The position numbers and the translations under genes are program-made. Below the pieces are notes generated by a model. The model saw nothing but the letters and a program-made list of their open reading frames with translations, had not been told where the DNA came from and searched no databases. A stretch of DNA of 64,000 nucleotides from Acidimicrobiia bacterium. Its GTDB lineage: Bacteria; Actinomycetota; Acidimicrobiia; Acidimicrobiales; Poriferisodalaceae. Positions 39,257 to 48,694 of this stretch are shown one piece after another; position 1 is the first letter of the stretch, and each line of letters opens with the position of its first letter. Where the stretch lies: assembly GCA_022824805.1 (NCBI GenBank), contig JAJDZE010000004.1, positions 3,577 to 67,576 on the forward strand, written 5' to 3'.

Positions 39257-40474
39257 TCAGTCGGCTTCGGCTGCGGTGCCCACGTTGGGTGTGAAGCCTG
39301 ACTTGGGCGTCCCCACACCCTTCAGCGCCGCAGCGGCCCGTTCGTTCTCGAAGATCTTCGCCAGGATCGCCTTGCCGGCCCGGTCGAAGTACTCCCGGTT
39401 CTCGATCACGAACTCGTTGGACTCAGCCATCGACGCGAGCTGTCCGTTGACCGCAGGCATGACGTGACGCGCCACCAGGTCCCAGCTGCGGAACATGGCC
39501 TCGGGCTCGGCCCAGTCGTTGACGAAGCCCATCATCACGCCGAACCCGCCCGTGATCTCCTGCATCCGCAGGATGTTCTCGATGAGGTCGTCGGGGGTGC
39601 CGATGACGCCGGCTGCGGAGTCGGCGTCGGCGTAGAAGTCGATGGCCTCTGCCGTCGAGGCCAGCGGCTCCAGCCCCGGTCGCTGCAGCGTGGCGACGTT
39701 GTAGTCGTTGTGCCAGCGCAGCAGCCCGTGCTCGACGTCACGCCGAGCCTGGTCGCGGGTGAGCGCCACGTGGAAGTTGAACATCACCCGCCAGTCGGCC
39801 CGGTCCACGACTCGGTCGTGCTTGGCGGCAGCCTCCTCGGCGAAGCTCCACTGCAGCGGCAGCGACGCCAGGCCCTCGGTGGACATGGAGCCGATTGAGA
39901 GCACGCCCATGCCGTGCTTGCCGGCCAGCGTCATGCCCGACGGGCTGATCATCGACGCCGTCACCATCGGGATCTTGTGCTGATAGGGCAGGATCTGCAG
40001 CTTCGCGTCGTATAGCGAGAACCAGTCGCATTCGTAGGTGAAGCGCTCGCCGCCCGCCAGCAGGCGCTGGATGACCGGGATTGCCTCGTCCTGGCGGTCG
40101 CGCAGCAACATCGGGTCGATGCCCAGCGTGTGTGCATCAGAGGGCAGCGCACCCGGCCCGGTGCCGAGGATCGCCCGCCCGAAGCTCATCTGGTCGAGCT
40201 GGACGATGCGCTGGGCGACCATGAACGGATGGTGATAAGGGATCGAGGTCACCCCGGTGCCCAGCTTGATGCGGCCGGTGCGCACCGCGGCGGCAGCCAG
40301 GAACATCTCGGGCGAGCCGATGGTCTCCCAACCTGTCGAGTGATGCTCGCCACACCAGAACTCGTCGTACCCCAGCCGGTCGAGGAGGGTGACCAGGTCG
40401 AGGTCACGCTGCAGTTGCAGCGCCGGGCTCTCCCCAGGCAGATGATGCGGTGCCAGAAACGCTGCGAACTTCAC
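39257..40474 (-). CDS. LLM class flavin-dependent monooxygenase (limonene monooxygenase-like)
   Basis: MKFAAFLAPHH...YDEFWCGEHHS...IKLGTGV. Confidence 0.8.
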   Translation of the reverse strand: MKFAAFLAPHHLPGESPALQLQRDLDLVTLLDRLGYDEFWCGEHHSTGWETIGSPEMFLAAAAVRTGRIKLGTGVTSIPYHHPFMVAQRIVQLDQMSFGRAILGTGPGALPSDAHTLGIDPMLLRDRQDEAIPVIQRLLAGGERFTYECDWFSLYDAKLQILPYQHKIPMVTASMISPSGMTLAGKHGMGVLSIGSMSTEGLASLPLQWSFAEEAAAKHDRVVDRADWRVMFNFHVALTRDQARRDVEHGLLRWHNDYNVATLQRPGLEPLASTAEAIDFYADADSAAGVIGTPDDLIENILRMQEITGGFGVMMGFVNDWAEPEAMFRSWDLVARHVMPAVNGQLASMAESNEFVIENREYFDRAGKAILAKIFENERAAAALKGVGTPKSGFTPNVGTAAEAD

Positions 40475-40858
40475 GGTGTGGACCCTACTGACGCGCTGCT
40501 GTCGCCCAATGAGCGACCGCGCGGATAGGTGGAGCAGATTTCAGCGCATTTCATGCGGAGCATCGACCTCGGCCGCGAACTTGCAGGTCAGAGGATCGGC
40601 TAGCGAGTCAACGGTCACAGCATTTCCGCGGATCAGCGCCTATCCGCTCATCCTCTATGCGACGAGTGCCAGCTGATGCTGCGACCCCCGTCGACGTCGA
40701 GGCAGACGCCGGTGAGGAAGCCGGCCGGTTACGCTCGCACTCAGAGGCCAGCCACCCCGGAGTTGGCAGAGCAACCCACTTGGGTAGCCGCCGGGGGGCT
40801 GGCCCTTTCGCGACGGTAGTCACGTTCCGCTGCGCACAGGCCTGAATTTCGATGCATT

Positions 40859-42049
40859 TCAAGGCGCTGTCAGCACGTCGTCGCCGATGAGGCTGTCGAT
40901 GGCTGTGGCGTCGTAGCCGATCTCGCTCAGTATCTGCCGGCCGTGCTCACCGATGTCCGGGGCGGGCCGCCGGACGCTGGGCGGCGTCTCGGAGAACTGC
41001 TCGGGGGGTGGGATGACCCGGTACGGGCCCGCAACCGGGTGCTCGTCGATCGGAAGATCCGACACAAGTCCGTCGAGCGTCGCCGCCTCGGTTGCGGGGA
41101 TGCCGTGTTCCTCGCACAGCTCCAGCCACTCGGCCGTGGTGCGCTGGCCCAGCACCGAGGCCACGTCGCGGTACAGGCTGTCGCTGTGGGTGACGCGCTC
41201 GATGGGTGTCGCGAAGCGCTCGTCGGCGGCGAGATCGTGCCGACCCCCGGCTTCGAACAGCGCGACGTAGTGCTCGTGGTCGTAGGGGAGGATGTTGATC
41301 CAGCCGTCCGCAGTCCGCTGGGGCTTGCGCTCGGGTGTGAGGATGCGGGCATACCCGGCGCTCGCCACCGGCGGCTCGGAGATGGCGCCCGCACCGTGCT
41401 CGGCGAGCACGAAGGCGCGCATCACATCGATCATCGGGATCTCGATGCACTGGCCTTGGCTGGTCTGTGCCCGGTGGTACAGCGCCGCGGTCACCGAGTT
41501 GGCGATCGTCAGCCCGCAGAACTTGTCGGCGACGAGGCTGGGCAGCAGCATCGGCTCGGCGCCCATGCGGCGGAACAGGTCGCCGATGCCGCTGGCGGAC
41601 TGGATGATGTCGTCGTATGCGGGTGCATCGGCCTGCTCGCTGGCAGACGGGTAGCCGTGCGCCCGGCAGAACACGATGTCGGGCCGAACCTGCTGCACGG
41701 CCTCGTAGTGCAACCCGAGGCGACGCAGCGGTCCCGGGCGCAGGTTGGTGATCATCACGTCGCACGTGGCGACGATGTCGAGAAATGCCTGGCGGCCCCG
41801 CTCGTGCTTGAGATCCAACGAGATGCTGCGCTTGTTGCGCAGCAGGTTGAGCGAGACGCCCGAGAACCCGTCCACCGGGCCTGAGCCCATGCTCCGATTC
41901 CGGTCGCCAGCGGCCGATTCGACCAAGATGACGTCAGCGCCGAAGTCGCCGAGCGTCCGTGTCGCCGCGGGCCCCATGAGCACCGACGACAGGTCCAGCA
42001 CCCGGACGCCCGCCAGCGGCCCCGCCGCTCCCTCGCTCTCGCTCATCAC
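40859..42049 (-). CDS. CaiB/BaiF family (class III) CoA-transferase
   Basis: PLAGVRVLDLSSVLMGPAATRTLGDFGADVILVE is the typical N-terminus. Confidence 0.85.
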   Translation of the reverse strand: MMSESEGAAGPLAGVRVLDLSSVLMGPAATRTLGDFGADVILVESAAGDRNRSMGSGPVDGFSGVSLNLLRNKRSISLDLKHERGRQAFLDIVATCDVMITNLRPGPLRRLGLHYEAVQQVRPDIVFCRAHGYPSASEQADAPAYDDIIQSASGIGDLFRRMGAEPMLLPSLVADKFCGLTIANSVTAALYHRAQTSQGQCIEIPMIDVMRAFVLAEHGAGAISEPPVASAGYARILTPERKPQRTADGWINILPYDHEHYVALFEAGGRHDLAADERFATPIERVTHSDSLYRDVASVLGQRTTAEWLELCEEHGIPATEAATLDGLVSDLPIDEHPVAGPYRVIPPPEQFSETPPSVRRPAPDIGEHGRQILSEIGYDATAIDSLIGDDVLTAP

Positions 42050-42121
42050 ACTCCCGTTACGTTGCGAAGCAAGCCCGCAGGCCTATCAGATGTTCTTGCT
42101 GCTCCGAGCCCGGTCGAGCCT

Positions 42122-42781
42122 TCAGGCACTTGGCGTCAATCCCCACAGCGCGACGCTGACGCTCTCTTGCAACTGGAGCACCATGTCGTCGTAGTCGAGC
42201 CGATCGGTGACGAGACGCCGCATGAGCACCTGCCACTGCGCGTAGAGGTTGTGGGCAAGCATCATCTTGGGAACGTCGGCGTCGAGCTTGCCGCTTGCGC
42301 TCGCGGCACTGAGCACCGATGAAAGCCCGCTCAGAAACCAGTCGGTGAACTCTTCGACGCCGGCGCGTCCAGAGTCGCTGGCGAAAGGAAGCTCCTTGAA
42401 GAACGAGCGAGCGAGGCGGCGATCTGCCCTGTGGTGGTCGGTGACATGCATCAGCAACGTCATGATCTGGCTGACAGCGTCGGTCGAGGGGTCGACGAGG
42501 TCGAAGGCCTCCCGCCACGCATCGCCCGCCACGTTCACGAATGCGCTGACTAGCAGGTCCTCCTTGGACTCCACGTAGAGGTAGAGCGTCCCGGCACCGA
42601 TCCCCGCAGCCGAGGCGATCTCAGCCGTGGTGGTGTCGTCGAAGCCTTTCTCCTGGAACAGCGCCGTGGCAGCAGCCACGATGCGCCTCCGCTTGTCGAG
42701 CTTGTTCCGCTCGCGCTTGCCCAACTCGGTCTCATCGAAAGCGGCGTCGCCGCGCAGGAGCGTGGGGTAGGCAACTGACAT
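42122..42781 (-). CDS. TetR family transcriptional regulator
   Basis: RRRIVAAATALFQEKGFDDTTTAEIASAAGIGAGTLYLYVESKEDL is the HTH signature. Confidence 0.85.
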   Translation of the reverse strand: MSVAYPTLLRGDAAFDETELGKRERNKLDKRRRIVAAATALFQEKGFDDTTTAEIASAAGIGAGTLYLYVESKEDLLVSAFVNVAGDAWREAFDLVDPSTDAVSQIMTLLMHVTDHHRADRRLARSFFKELPFASDSGRAGVEEFTDWFLSGLSSVLSAASASGKLDADVPKMMLAHNLYAQWQVLMRRLVTDRLDYDDMVLQLQESVSVALWGLTPSA

Positions 42782-43003
42782 CGCCGAACAACGCTAGCCG
42801 CAGCAAAATGGGCGCCTCTCCGGCGGGAATCCAAGGACTCGAGCGGGCAGGCGGCGAGGCGTCGGCAGGAGGCCCGCATTTGCACCTCGCTTGCCTGGTG
42901 ATGTCCAGCTACCCGAGCGGCTCCTCAGTCGGTGCGTTCTCACCGCAGCGAGCGGTTCGGCGGTCGTTTGACGGCGCGGGGTGTTCTCGGTAGACCATCG
43001 CCT

Positions 43004-43843
43004 ATGGGGATTGACATCGAACCGACCGGCGCTGCGCTCGGAGCGTTCGTGTCGGGTCTGGAATTGGGCAAGCTCGACGCGGAGCAATCCGCCACGGTGA
43101 TCGAGGCGCTCGGCGAGCACGGGGTGCTGTTCTTCCGCGACCAAGATGTGTCGCCCGAAGGGCACATCGCATTCGCTGAGTCGTTCGGGGAGATCGACGT
43201 CAACGCGTACTTCGCGCCGAACGGGACCTATCCCCAGATCGCCGAGGTGCGCACCCGACCGGAGAACACCTACGTGATCGGGGAGGCGTGGCACACCGAT
43301 CATTCCTACGAGGAAGCTCCTGCGCTCGGCTCGATCCTCGTCGCCCGGGAGCTGCCGTCACACGGCGGCGACACCGCCTTCAGCTCGATGTACGCCGCCT
43401 ACGACGCGTTGTCCGACGGCATGAAGGAGACGCTGCGGGGCCTGCGAGCGGTGCATTCGTCGTACGAGGCGTTCGGCGTGGGGTTGTCGAAGCTGCCAGA
43501 GGCCGAGCGGGCTGATCGATTCACAGACGAATTCCCCTTCGGGCCCGACATCGTGCATCCGGTGGTGATCTCCCACCCGGTGAGCGGCCGCCCGGTGCTG
43601 TACGTCAATCGCTCGTTCACGACCCGCATCGACGGGTGGACGGCGGCCGAGAGCCGACCCCTGCTCGAGTTCCTGTTCGAGCACGGTTCGAGCGTGGAAT
43701 TCACCTACCGCTTCGGTTGGGAGCCCGGCTCGGTCGCCATGTGGGACAACCGCTGCACCTGGCACAAGGCGCTCAACGACTACCGCGGGCAGACCCGCCT
43801 GATGCACCGCATCACGGTGAAAGGCTGCCCGATCGCAGCCTGA
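43004..43843 (+). CDS. TauD/TfdA family Fe(II)/2-oxoglutarate dioxygenase
   Basis: ATG at 43004. WHTDHSYEEAP (HxD), GGDTAFSSM and WDNRCTWHKA are typical of TauD. Confidence 0.85.
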   Translation: MGIDIEPTGAALGAFVSGLELGKLDAEQSATVIEALGEHGVLFFRDQDVSPEGHIAFAESFGEIDVNAYFAPNGTYPQIAEVRTRPENTYVIGEAWHTDHSYEEAPALGSILVARELPSHGGDTAFSSMYAAYDALSDGMKETLRGLRAVHSSYEAFGVGLSKLPEAERADRFTDEFPFGPDIVHPVVISHPVSGRPVLYVNRSFTTRIDGWTAAESRPLLEFLFEHGSSVEFTYRFGWEPGSVAMWDNRCTWHKALNDYRGQTRLMHRITVKGCPIAA

Positions 43844-43916
43844 TGTTGCGGCGACAGTTGGCGTTCGTCGCCGGCCGGGCTTTATCACATGAGCCACCAT
43901 CGCGAGAGCGTGCCTG
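43782..43916 (+). repeat. Direct repeat copy 1 (last 62 nt of tauD plus 73 nt downstream)
   Basis: 43782-43845 is identical over 64 nt to 46160-46223. The next approx. 70 nt are a diverged match ending in the shared block ccaccatcgcgagagcgtgcctg. Confidence 0.9.
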
Positions 43917-43917
43917 G

Positions 43918-43967
43918 CTAGCCCTGATTGGGGCCTGTCGAATCTGACAGAACTCAATCAGGGCTAG
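43918..43967 (+). other. 13-bp perfect inverted repeat CTAGCCCTGATTG-N24-CAATCAGGGCTAG at the left island junction
   Basis: Read directly. It starts exactly where repeat copy 1 ends. No T-tract follows, so it could be a terminator for tauD or a recombination-site remnant. Confidence 0.45.
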
Positions 43968-44124
43968 GCGCCGCGACCTGCCACGGCAGCACTCCCGTGC
44001 TAGCGCCTCGCTTGGGGCGGGCCGCTCATGCTGCTCGGGACGCGCCCGCTCGCCCGCGCGGCCCTACACTTGAACACCTCCGACCGACCCCGTAGCACAG
44101 CCATCGAATCCTTGAGGTGCACTC

Positions 44125-45552
44125 ATGTTCACGTCAATGAGACTCCGGGATTTCAAATCTTGGTCGAATACCGGACGAATCCGCCTTGCCCCCATCACTG
44201 GCTTCTTCGGTGCCAACAGCTCCGGAAAGTCAAGTCTTCTCCAATCGCTGGTCTTGATGAAGCAAACAGCTCAATCGAGCGACCAGAAGACGCTCTTGAA
44301 CATTTCCGGTCATGACAGCATCATTGATTTTGGCAACTATGGGCACATAGGGCATCAGGACAGCTTCAGTTTTCTCCTCATGGAGTTCCAGTGGCAGCAG
44401 GCTCACTATGCGGACGTGCTGGACCCAAGCCTCCTTGGCGCGATATATGACTCCGAGTCCAGCACTGAGGTTGCCGTCAGCAAAGAGCCGGCCCAGGAAC
44501 TCCGGTTCCGACTCGGGGTCCTGCTTCAAAAGGGGTGGCCTGAACTCTCCGATCTGGCCCAGATCGAATATGAGACAGGATCAGCAAAAGTCAGCTATTT
44601 GCCATCGGACCTTCAGTTATCAAATTGGAGCCGGGGTCATCGGCTCCAGATTGAAGCAAAGTCCTCTGGCTCGGACGCACCGCATATCTACCATGCTCTC
44701 GCCGAACTGCCTCGGCCTGCGAAGTGCTATGGCTTTCCGAACACTGCCGACATCGATGCGGACACGAAAGGCCTGCTCAGGCTGCTGGAAGTCAGCTTTG
44801 AGCAGCAGTTTCTCGACAAGCTTTTCTACCTTGGCCCGCTGCGTCAGAGCGCTTCGCGGACCTATCTCTGGAGGCAGTCAGCCCCGGCCGATGTTGGCAC
44901 TGACGGGTCGAATGCAATTCAAGCGCTGCTCGCTGCGCGGGATCGCGGCAAGACCAACACACGAAAACTTGCTGCAGACCGAACACCTGCCGAACCGATC
45001 ACCATTGAAGAACATGTCTCGCAATGGCTGCAGGAACTCGGGCTTGCCTCGGTATTCGAGACTCGAAGGCTGAGCGACGAGGATTATTTCTATGAGGTGA
45101 TCCTGCGAGCTGCTCCAGGCGCTCGCCAGATTCCGCTTGTTGACGTGGGCTTCGGTCTCTCTCAGGTGCTCCCCGTGCTCGTGCTTTTGGCCTACGTACC
45201 GGAACATACGACTGTGCTGCTTGAACAACCTGAGATGCATCTCCATCCTGCGGCTCAAGCGGGACTCGCTGACATCTTGATCGAAGTCGCCAAGGTGCGG
45301 AAGCTGCAAATAATCGTCGAGAGCCATAGCGAACACCTGCTGGCGCGTCTCCAGCGACGGATGGCGGAAGAAAGGATCGACGGCGACGATGTGGCGCTGT
45401 ACTTCTGCGAGCACGATGGGTACAAGTCCGAGATCACCTCGCTCGAACTCAACGAGTTCGGGGAAATCCGGAACTGGCCGAAACACTTCTTCGGAGATGC
45501 GATGGGCGAAGCGGTGGCCATGATCGAAGCGCGGGCGCGCCGCGAAGACTGA
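44125..45552 (+). CDS. ABC/AAA_15-21-type ATPase with DUF3696-like C-terminus
   Basis: Walker A GANSSGKSS (K35), YLGPLRQSASRTY motif, signature-like GFGLSQVLPVL, Walker B VLLEQPEMHLHP, H-loop ESHSEHLL, C-terminal EIRNWPKHFFGD. RBS GAGGTG lies upstream of the ATG. Confidence 0.8.
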   Translation: MFTSMRLRDFKSWSNTGRIRLAPITGFFGANSSGKSSLLQSLVLMKQTAQSSDQKTLLNISGHDSIIDFGNYGHIGHQDSFSFLLMEFQWQQAHYADVLDPSLLGAIYDSESSTEVAVSKEPAQELRFRLGVLLQKGWPELSDLAQIEYETGSAKVSYLPSDLQLSNWSRGHRLQIEAKSSGSDAPHIYHALAELPRPAKCYGFPNTADIDADTKGLLRLLEVSFEQQFLDKLFYLGPLRQSASRTYLWRQSAPADVGTDGSNAIQALLAARDRGKTNTRKLAADRTPAEPITIEEHVSQWLQELGLASVFETRRLSDEDYFYEVILRAAPGARQIPLVDVGFGLSQVLPVLVLLAYVPEHTTVLLEQPEMHLHPAAQAGLADILIEVAKVRKLQIIVESHSEHLLARLQRRMAEERIDGDDVALYFCEHDGYKSEITSLELNEFGEIRNWPKHFFGDAMGEAVAMIEARARRED

Positions 45553-45581
45553 TCTACTGATCGCCTACAGCACCACTGGGC

Positions 45582-46067
45582 ATGGATCTCCAAGTCATCG
45601 ACACGAATGTGCTGGTTGCCGCCAACGGCACCGAGACGCACGCTGACCAGGCGTGCACGCTGGCTTGTGCACGACGGTTGCAGGAGACTCAGGACAACGC
45701 CGTTCTCGTCCTGGACGCGCAGCGGAACATCATGAGGGAATACCAGCGAAGAATCGGATCCGAAAGTCGCAACACAGCAGCCAAGAGGTTCTTCGTGTGG
45801 GCATCAAGGACCGCTCCGGGACTCGACGTGCAGCTCACACCCCATGCGAACCGGGTGTTCGAGGAATTCCCACCGAGCGATCGTCTTCGAGACTTCGACG
45901 AAGATGATCGGATGTTCGTTGCGGCGGCTGCTGTTGCTTCACAGTCCCGCCCGACAGTTCTTGCCAACGCGCTCGATAATGACTACGCCGAACACCGAGC
46001 AGCTCTTCAAGAGGCAGGCATCCCGGTTGAAGAACTCTGTCCGCATCACCTACGGGTCGAGTCATAG
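45582..46067 (+). CDS. PIN-like nuclease domain protein
   Basis: MDLQVIDTNVLVAANG (first acidic residue D7), EY, DFDEDDRMFVAAA and NALDND give a PIN-like acidic-residue arrangement. Starts 29 nt after the ATPase stop. Confidence 0.6.
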   Translation: MDLQVIDTNVLVAANGTETHADQACTLACARRLQETQDNAVLVLDAQRNIMREYQRRIGSESRNTAAKRFFVWASRTAPGLDVQLTPHANRVFEEFPPSDRLRDFDEDDRMFVAAAAVASQSRPTVLANALDNDYAEHRAALQEAGIPVEELCPHHLRVES

Positions 46068-46159
46068 CTGCGCCGCCACACGGCGTCTGCCACATCGCGG
46101 CCACCGCTGCGTTGTGCGATGTCGCTTGTGTCGTGTAGCCGAGGCTGTCAGATGCCAGC

Positions 46160-46293
46160 ACCGCGGGCAGACCCGCCTGATGCACCGCATCACGGTGAAA
46201 GGCTGCCCGATCGCAGCCTGATGCTGGAGCGACGGCCGGTCCTCGTCGTCGGCCGGGCGCTTCGCATACGCCACCATCGCGAGAGCGTGCCTG
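46160..46293 (+). repeat. Direct repeat copy 2 (orphan tauD 3' stub plus ancestral tauD-arylsulfatase spacer)
   Basis: Encodes ...RGQTRLMHRITVKGCPIAA* without a gene body. It runs straight into the arylsulfatase start at 46307. Confidence 0.9.
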
Positions 46294-46306
46294 CTAGACG
46301 AAGGCG

Positions 46307-48568
46307 ATGCGCGACCGCGAACGCCCTGGAACCACCGCCGCAGAGCTGAAGCCGCACTGGGACCCGAGCCCCGCGCCGCCCCACGGCGCGCCCAACGTCG
46401 TAGTGATCGTGCTCGACGACACGGGATTTGCGCACCTCGGCTGCTACGGCAGCGACATCGACACGCCCAACATCGATCGGCTCGCCGCGGGCGGGCTCCG
46501 TTACACCAACTTCCACACGACAGCATTGTGCTCGCCGACACGGGCCTGCCTGCTCAGCGGCCGCAACCATCACTCGGTGGGCATGCGGTTCCTGTCGAAT
46601 GTCGACACGGGTTTCTCGAACTGCCGCGGCGTGATCGCGCCGTCGGCGGCCACCTTCGCCGAAGTGCTCTCCAGTTACGGCTACGCGAACTTCGCCCTGG
46701 GCAAATGGCACCTCGCCAACCTCGCGGACTGCGGCCCGGCGGGCCCGTTCGATCATTGGCCGCTAGGCCGCGGCTTCGACCGCTTCTACGGCTTCCTGGG
46801 CGGGGCAACCGACCAGTTCTCGCCCGAGCTCGTCATCGACAACCACCCGGTGGCCCCTCCGAGCACGCCCGGCTATCACCTGTCCGAGGACCTTGTCGAG
46901 CAGGCGATCGCCATGATCGCTGCACAGCAGGCCACAGCGCCGTCGCGCAGATTCCTGACCTACTTCGCATTCGGTGCCACGCACTCGCCACATCAAGCTC
47001 CGCAGGACTACTTGGACAAGTACCGGGGCCGCTACGACGACGGCTGGGACGTGGCGCGGGCGCGTTGGTTCGAACGCCAGCGGGAGCTGGGCGTGGTGCC
47101 GGCCGACGCCGAGCTGTCGCCGCGGAACCCCGGGGTGCAGGCATGGGACGAGCTCGACGACGACCAGCGGTTGCTCTATTGCCGTATGCAGGAGACCTTC
47201 GCCGCATTCTTGGACCACACCGACGATCAGATCGGCCGGCTCGTCGACTACCTGGAGCGCACCGGCCTGCTGGACGACACCCTCATCGTGCTGCTGTCCG
47301 ACAACGGCGCCTCGCAGGAGGGCGGCCGACACGGCCTAACCAACGAGAACATCTTCTTCAATCGCCAGCGGCTCAGCGTCGCCGACATGGTGCCGTTCGT
47401 GGACCAGATCGGCGGCCCCAACCTCTACAACAACTACCCGTGGGGCTGGGCGCAGGCCGGCAACACGCCGCTTCGCTTCTACAAGCAGAACACCTACGAG
47501 GGCGGCATCCGAGACCCGCTGATCGTGCACTGGCCGGCCGGCATCGACGACGCCGGGGGGATCCGCGACCAGTACCACCATGTCATCGACGTGATGCCGA
47601 CGATCCTCGAGGTGGTCGGGGTCGAAGCACCCCAAGTGCACAACGGCGTGCCGCAGCAGCCCGTCGAAGGCATCTCGATGCTCCCCACGTTCGCAGCAGG
47701 AAGCGCAGATGCCCCGTCGTCTCGCACCACGCAGTACTACGAGATGCTCGGCCACCGGGCCGTATACCACGATGGCTGGAAAGCGGTGACGTTGCACCGC
47801 CAGGGGACGCCGTTCGGCGAGGACGAATGGGCGCTGTATGACACCCGCAGCGATTTTGCTGAGATCCATGACGTGTCTGAGACCCACCCGGACAAGCTGC
47901 GCGAGCTGATCGAGCTGTGGTGGGACGAGGCCGACACCTACAACGTGCTGCCGCTCGACGATCGGGGGGTCGAACTGTTCGTACTGCGTCAGCCCGGTCC
48001 CGAGTCCTCAGCGGGACTGCTGCGCTACCCGGCCGGCATGCCACACCTGGAGCGCTTCAAATGCCCCGATGTGCGGAACCGCTCCTTCGAGATCGCAGTT
48101 TCGGCCGATACCTCGACAGGAACCGACGGTGTGCTGGTGGCCTACGGGTCACGCACCGGCGGGCTCGTGCTGTGGGTCGCCGACGGGAGGCTGTGCTTCG
48201 AATACAACTACCTCGGCCGTCCGACCGGGATGCGGGCCAGCGCGCCGGTGCCGCTCGGCGACGTCGAGTTGGGCGTGCGTTACGCGAAGACGGCCGAGCA
48301 TGCCGGCACGGCCACACTGTGGCAGCGCGCCGGCGACGGGCCCGAGCAGGAACTCGCAACGGCCGACCTCGTGACCATGCCATACCGCCAATCGCTGTAC
48401 GGGATGGACGTGGGGCGCGACCTCGGCCCCACCGTGAGTGCCGCCTACACCGGACCGAACGAGTTCCACGGACTGTTGCGGTACGTGGAGTTCCGCTTGG
48501 AGAACGACCGCGACGACCTGCGCGCAGCAGCAGCCGTCGAAGCCGAGAACGCGCTGGTCGACCAGTAG
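46307..48568 (+). CDS. Arylsulfatase (Cys-type, formylglycine-dependent)
   Basis: VVVIVLDDTGFAHLGCYGS...TALCSPTRACLLSGRNHH (CxPxR), DNGAS. 753 aa with a C-terminal extension. Confidence 0.85.
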   Translation: MRDRERPGTTAAELKPHWDPSPAPPHGAPNVVVIVLDDTGFAHLGCYGSDIDTPNIDRLAAGGLRYTNFHTTALCSPTRACLLSGRNHHSVGMRFLSNVDTGFSNCRGVIAPSAATFAEVLSSYGYANFALGKWHLANLADCGPAGPFDHWPLGRGFDRFYGFLGGATDQFSPELVIDNHPVAPPSTPGYHLSEDLVEQAIAMIAAQQATAPSRRFLTYFAFGATHSPHQAPQDYLDKYRGRYDDGWDVARARWFERQRELGVVPADAELSPRNPGVQAWDELDDDQRLLYCRMQETFAAFLDHTDDQIGRLVDYLERTGLLDDTLIVLLSDNGASQEGGRHGLTNENIFFNRQRLSVADMVPFVDQIGGPNLYNNYPWGWAQAGNTPLRFYKQNTYEGGIRDPLIVHWPAGIDDAGGIRDQYHHVIDVMPTILEVVGVEAPQVHNGVPQQPVEGISMLPTFAAGSADAPSSRTTQYYEMLGHRAVYHDGWKAVTLHRQGTPFGEDEWALYDTRSDFAEIHDVSETHPDKLRELIELWWDEADTYNVLPLDDRGVELFVLRQPGPESSAGLLRYPAGMPHLERFKCPDVRNRSFEIAVSADTSTGTDGVLVAYGSRTGGLVLWVADGRLCFEYNYLGRPTGMRASAPVPLGDVELGVRYAKTAEHAGTATLWQRAGDGPEQELATADLVTMPYRQSLYGMDVGRDLGPTVSAAYTGPNEFHGLLRYVEFRLENDRDDLRAAAAVEAENALVDQ

Positions 48569-48574
48569 GCCCCC

Positions 48575-48607
48575 TCAGGGCTCGATCAGACGTGCCGCGG
48601 GTGACCG
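48575..48607 (-). pseudogene. Stub resembling the 3' end of the alkylsulfatase gene
   Basis: tcagggctcgatcagacgtgccgcgggtgacc versus 50006-50036 tcagggctcgatcaaacgtgccgtggtgaac (about 28/32). On the minus strand it reads ...AARLIEP* versus TTARLIEP* of the intact gene. Confidence 0.55.
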
Positions 48608-48694
48608 GCTGCAGGCTCGTGTTGCCGCCCGTGCTGGGCGTCGTGTTATGGCGCGGCAGCCGCATCAGGCGTTGCCTCGGATACAGTTCGGGAT

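Larger units (their letters stand above)
43917..46159. mobile_element. About 2.2-kb low-GC island (ATPase plus PIN-like nuclease), integrase-less, between the direct repeats
   Basis: Abrupt compositional drop (roughly 50-55 % GC by eye versus approx. 67 % in the flanks) and an att-like duplication of the tauD 3' end. It interrupts an otherwise short tauD-arylsulfatase spacer. Confidence 0.75.

Noticed and set aside
40475-40858. 385-bp gene-free gap between the LLM monooxygenase and the CoA-transferase, inspected for an RNA gene, riboswitch or pseudogene. It contains two GCATTTCA-type motifs.
   Set aside because: There is no tRNA-like T-arm, no extended conserved-looking structure and no protein-like frame. 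I cannot support any call.
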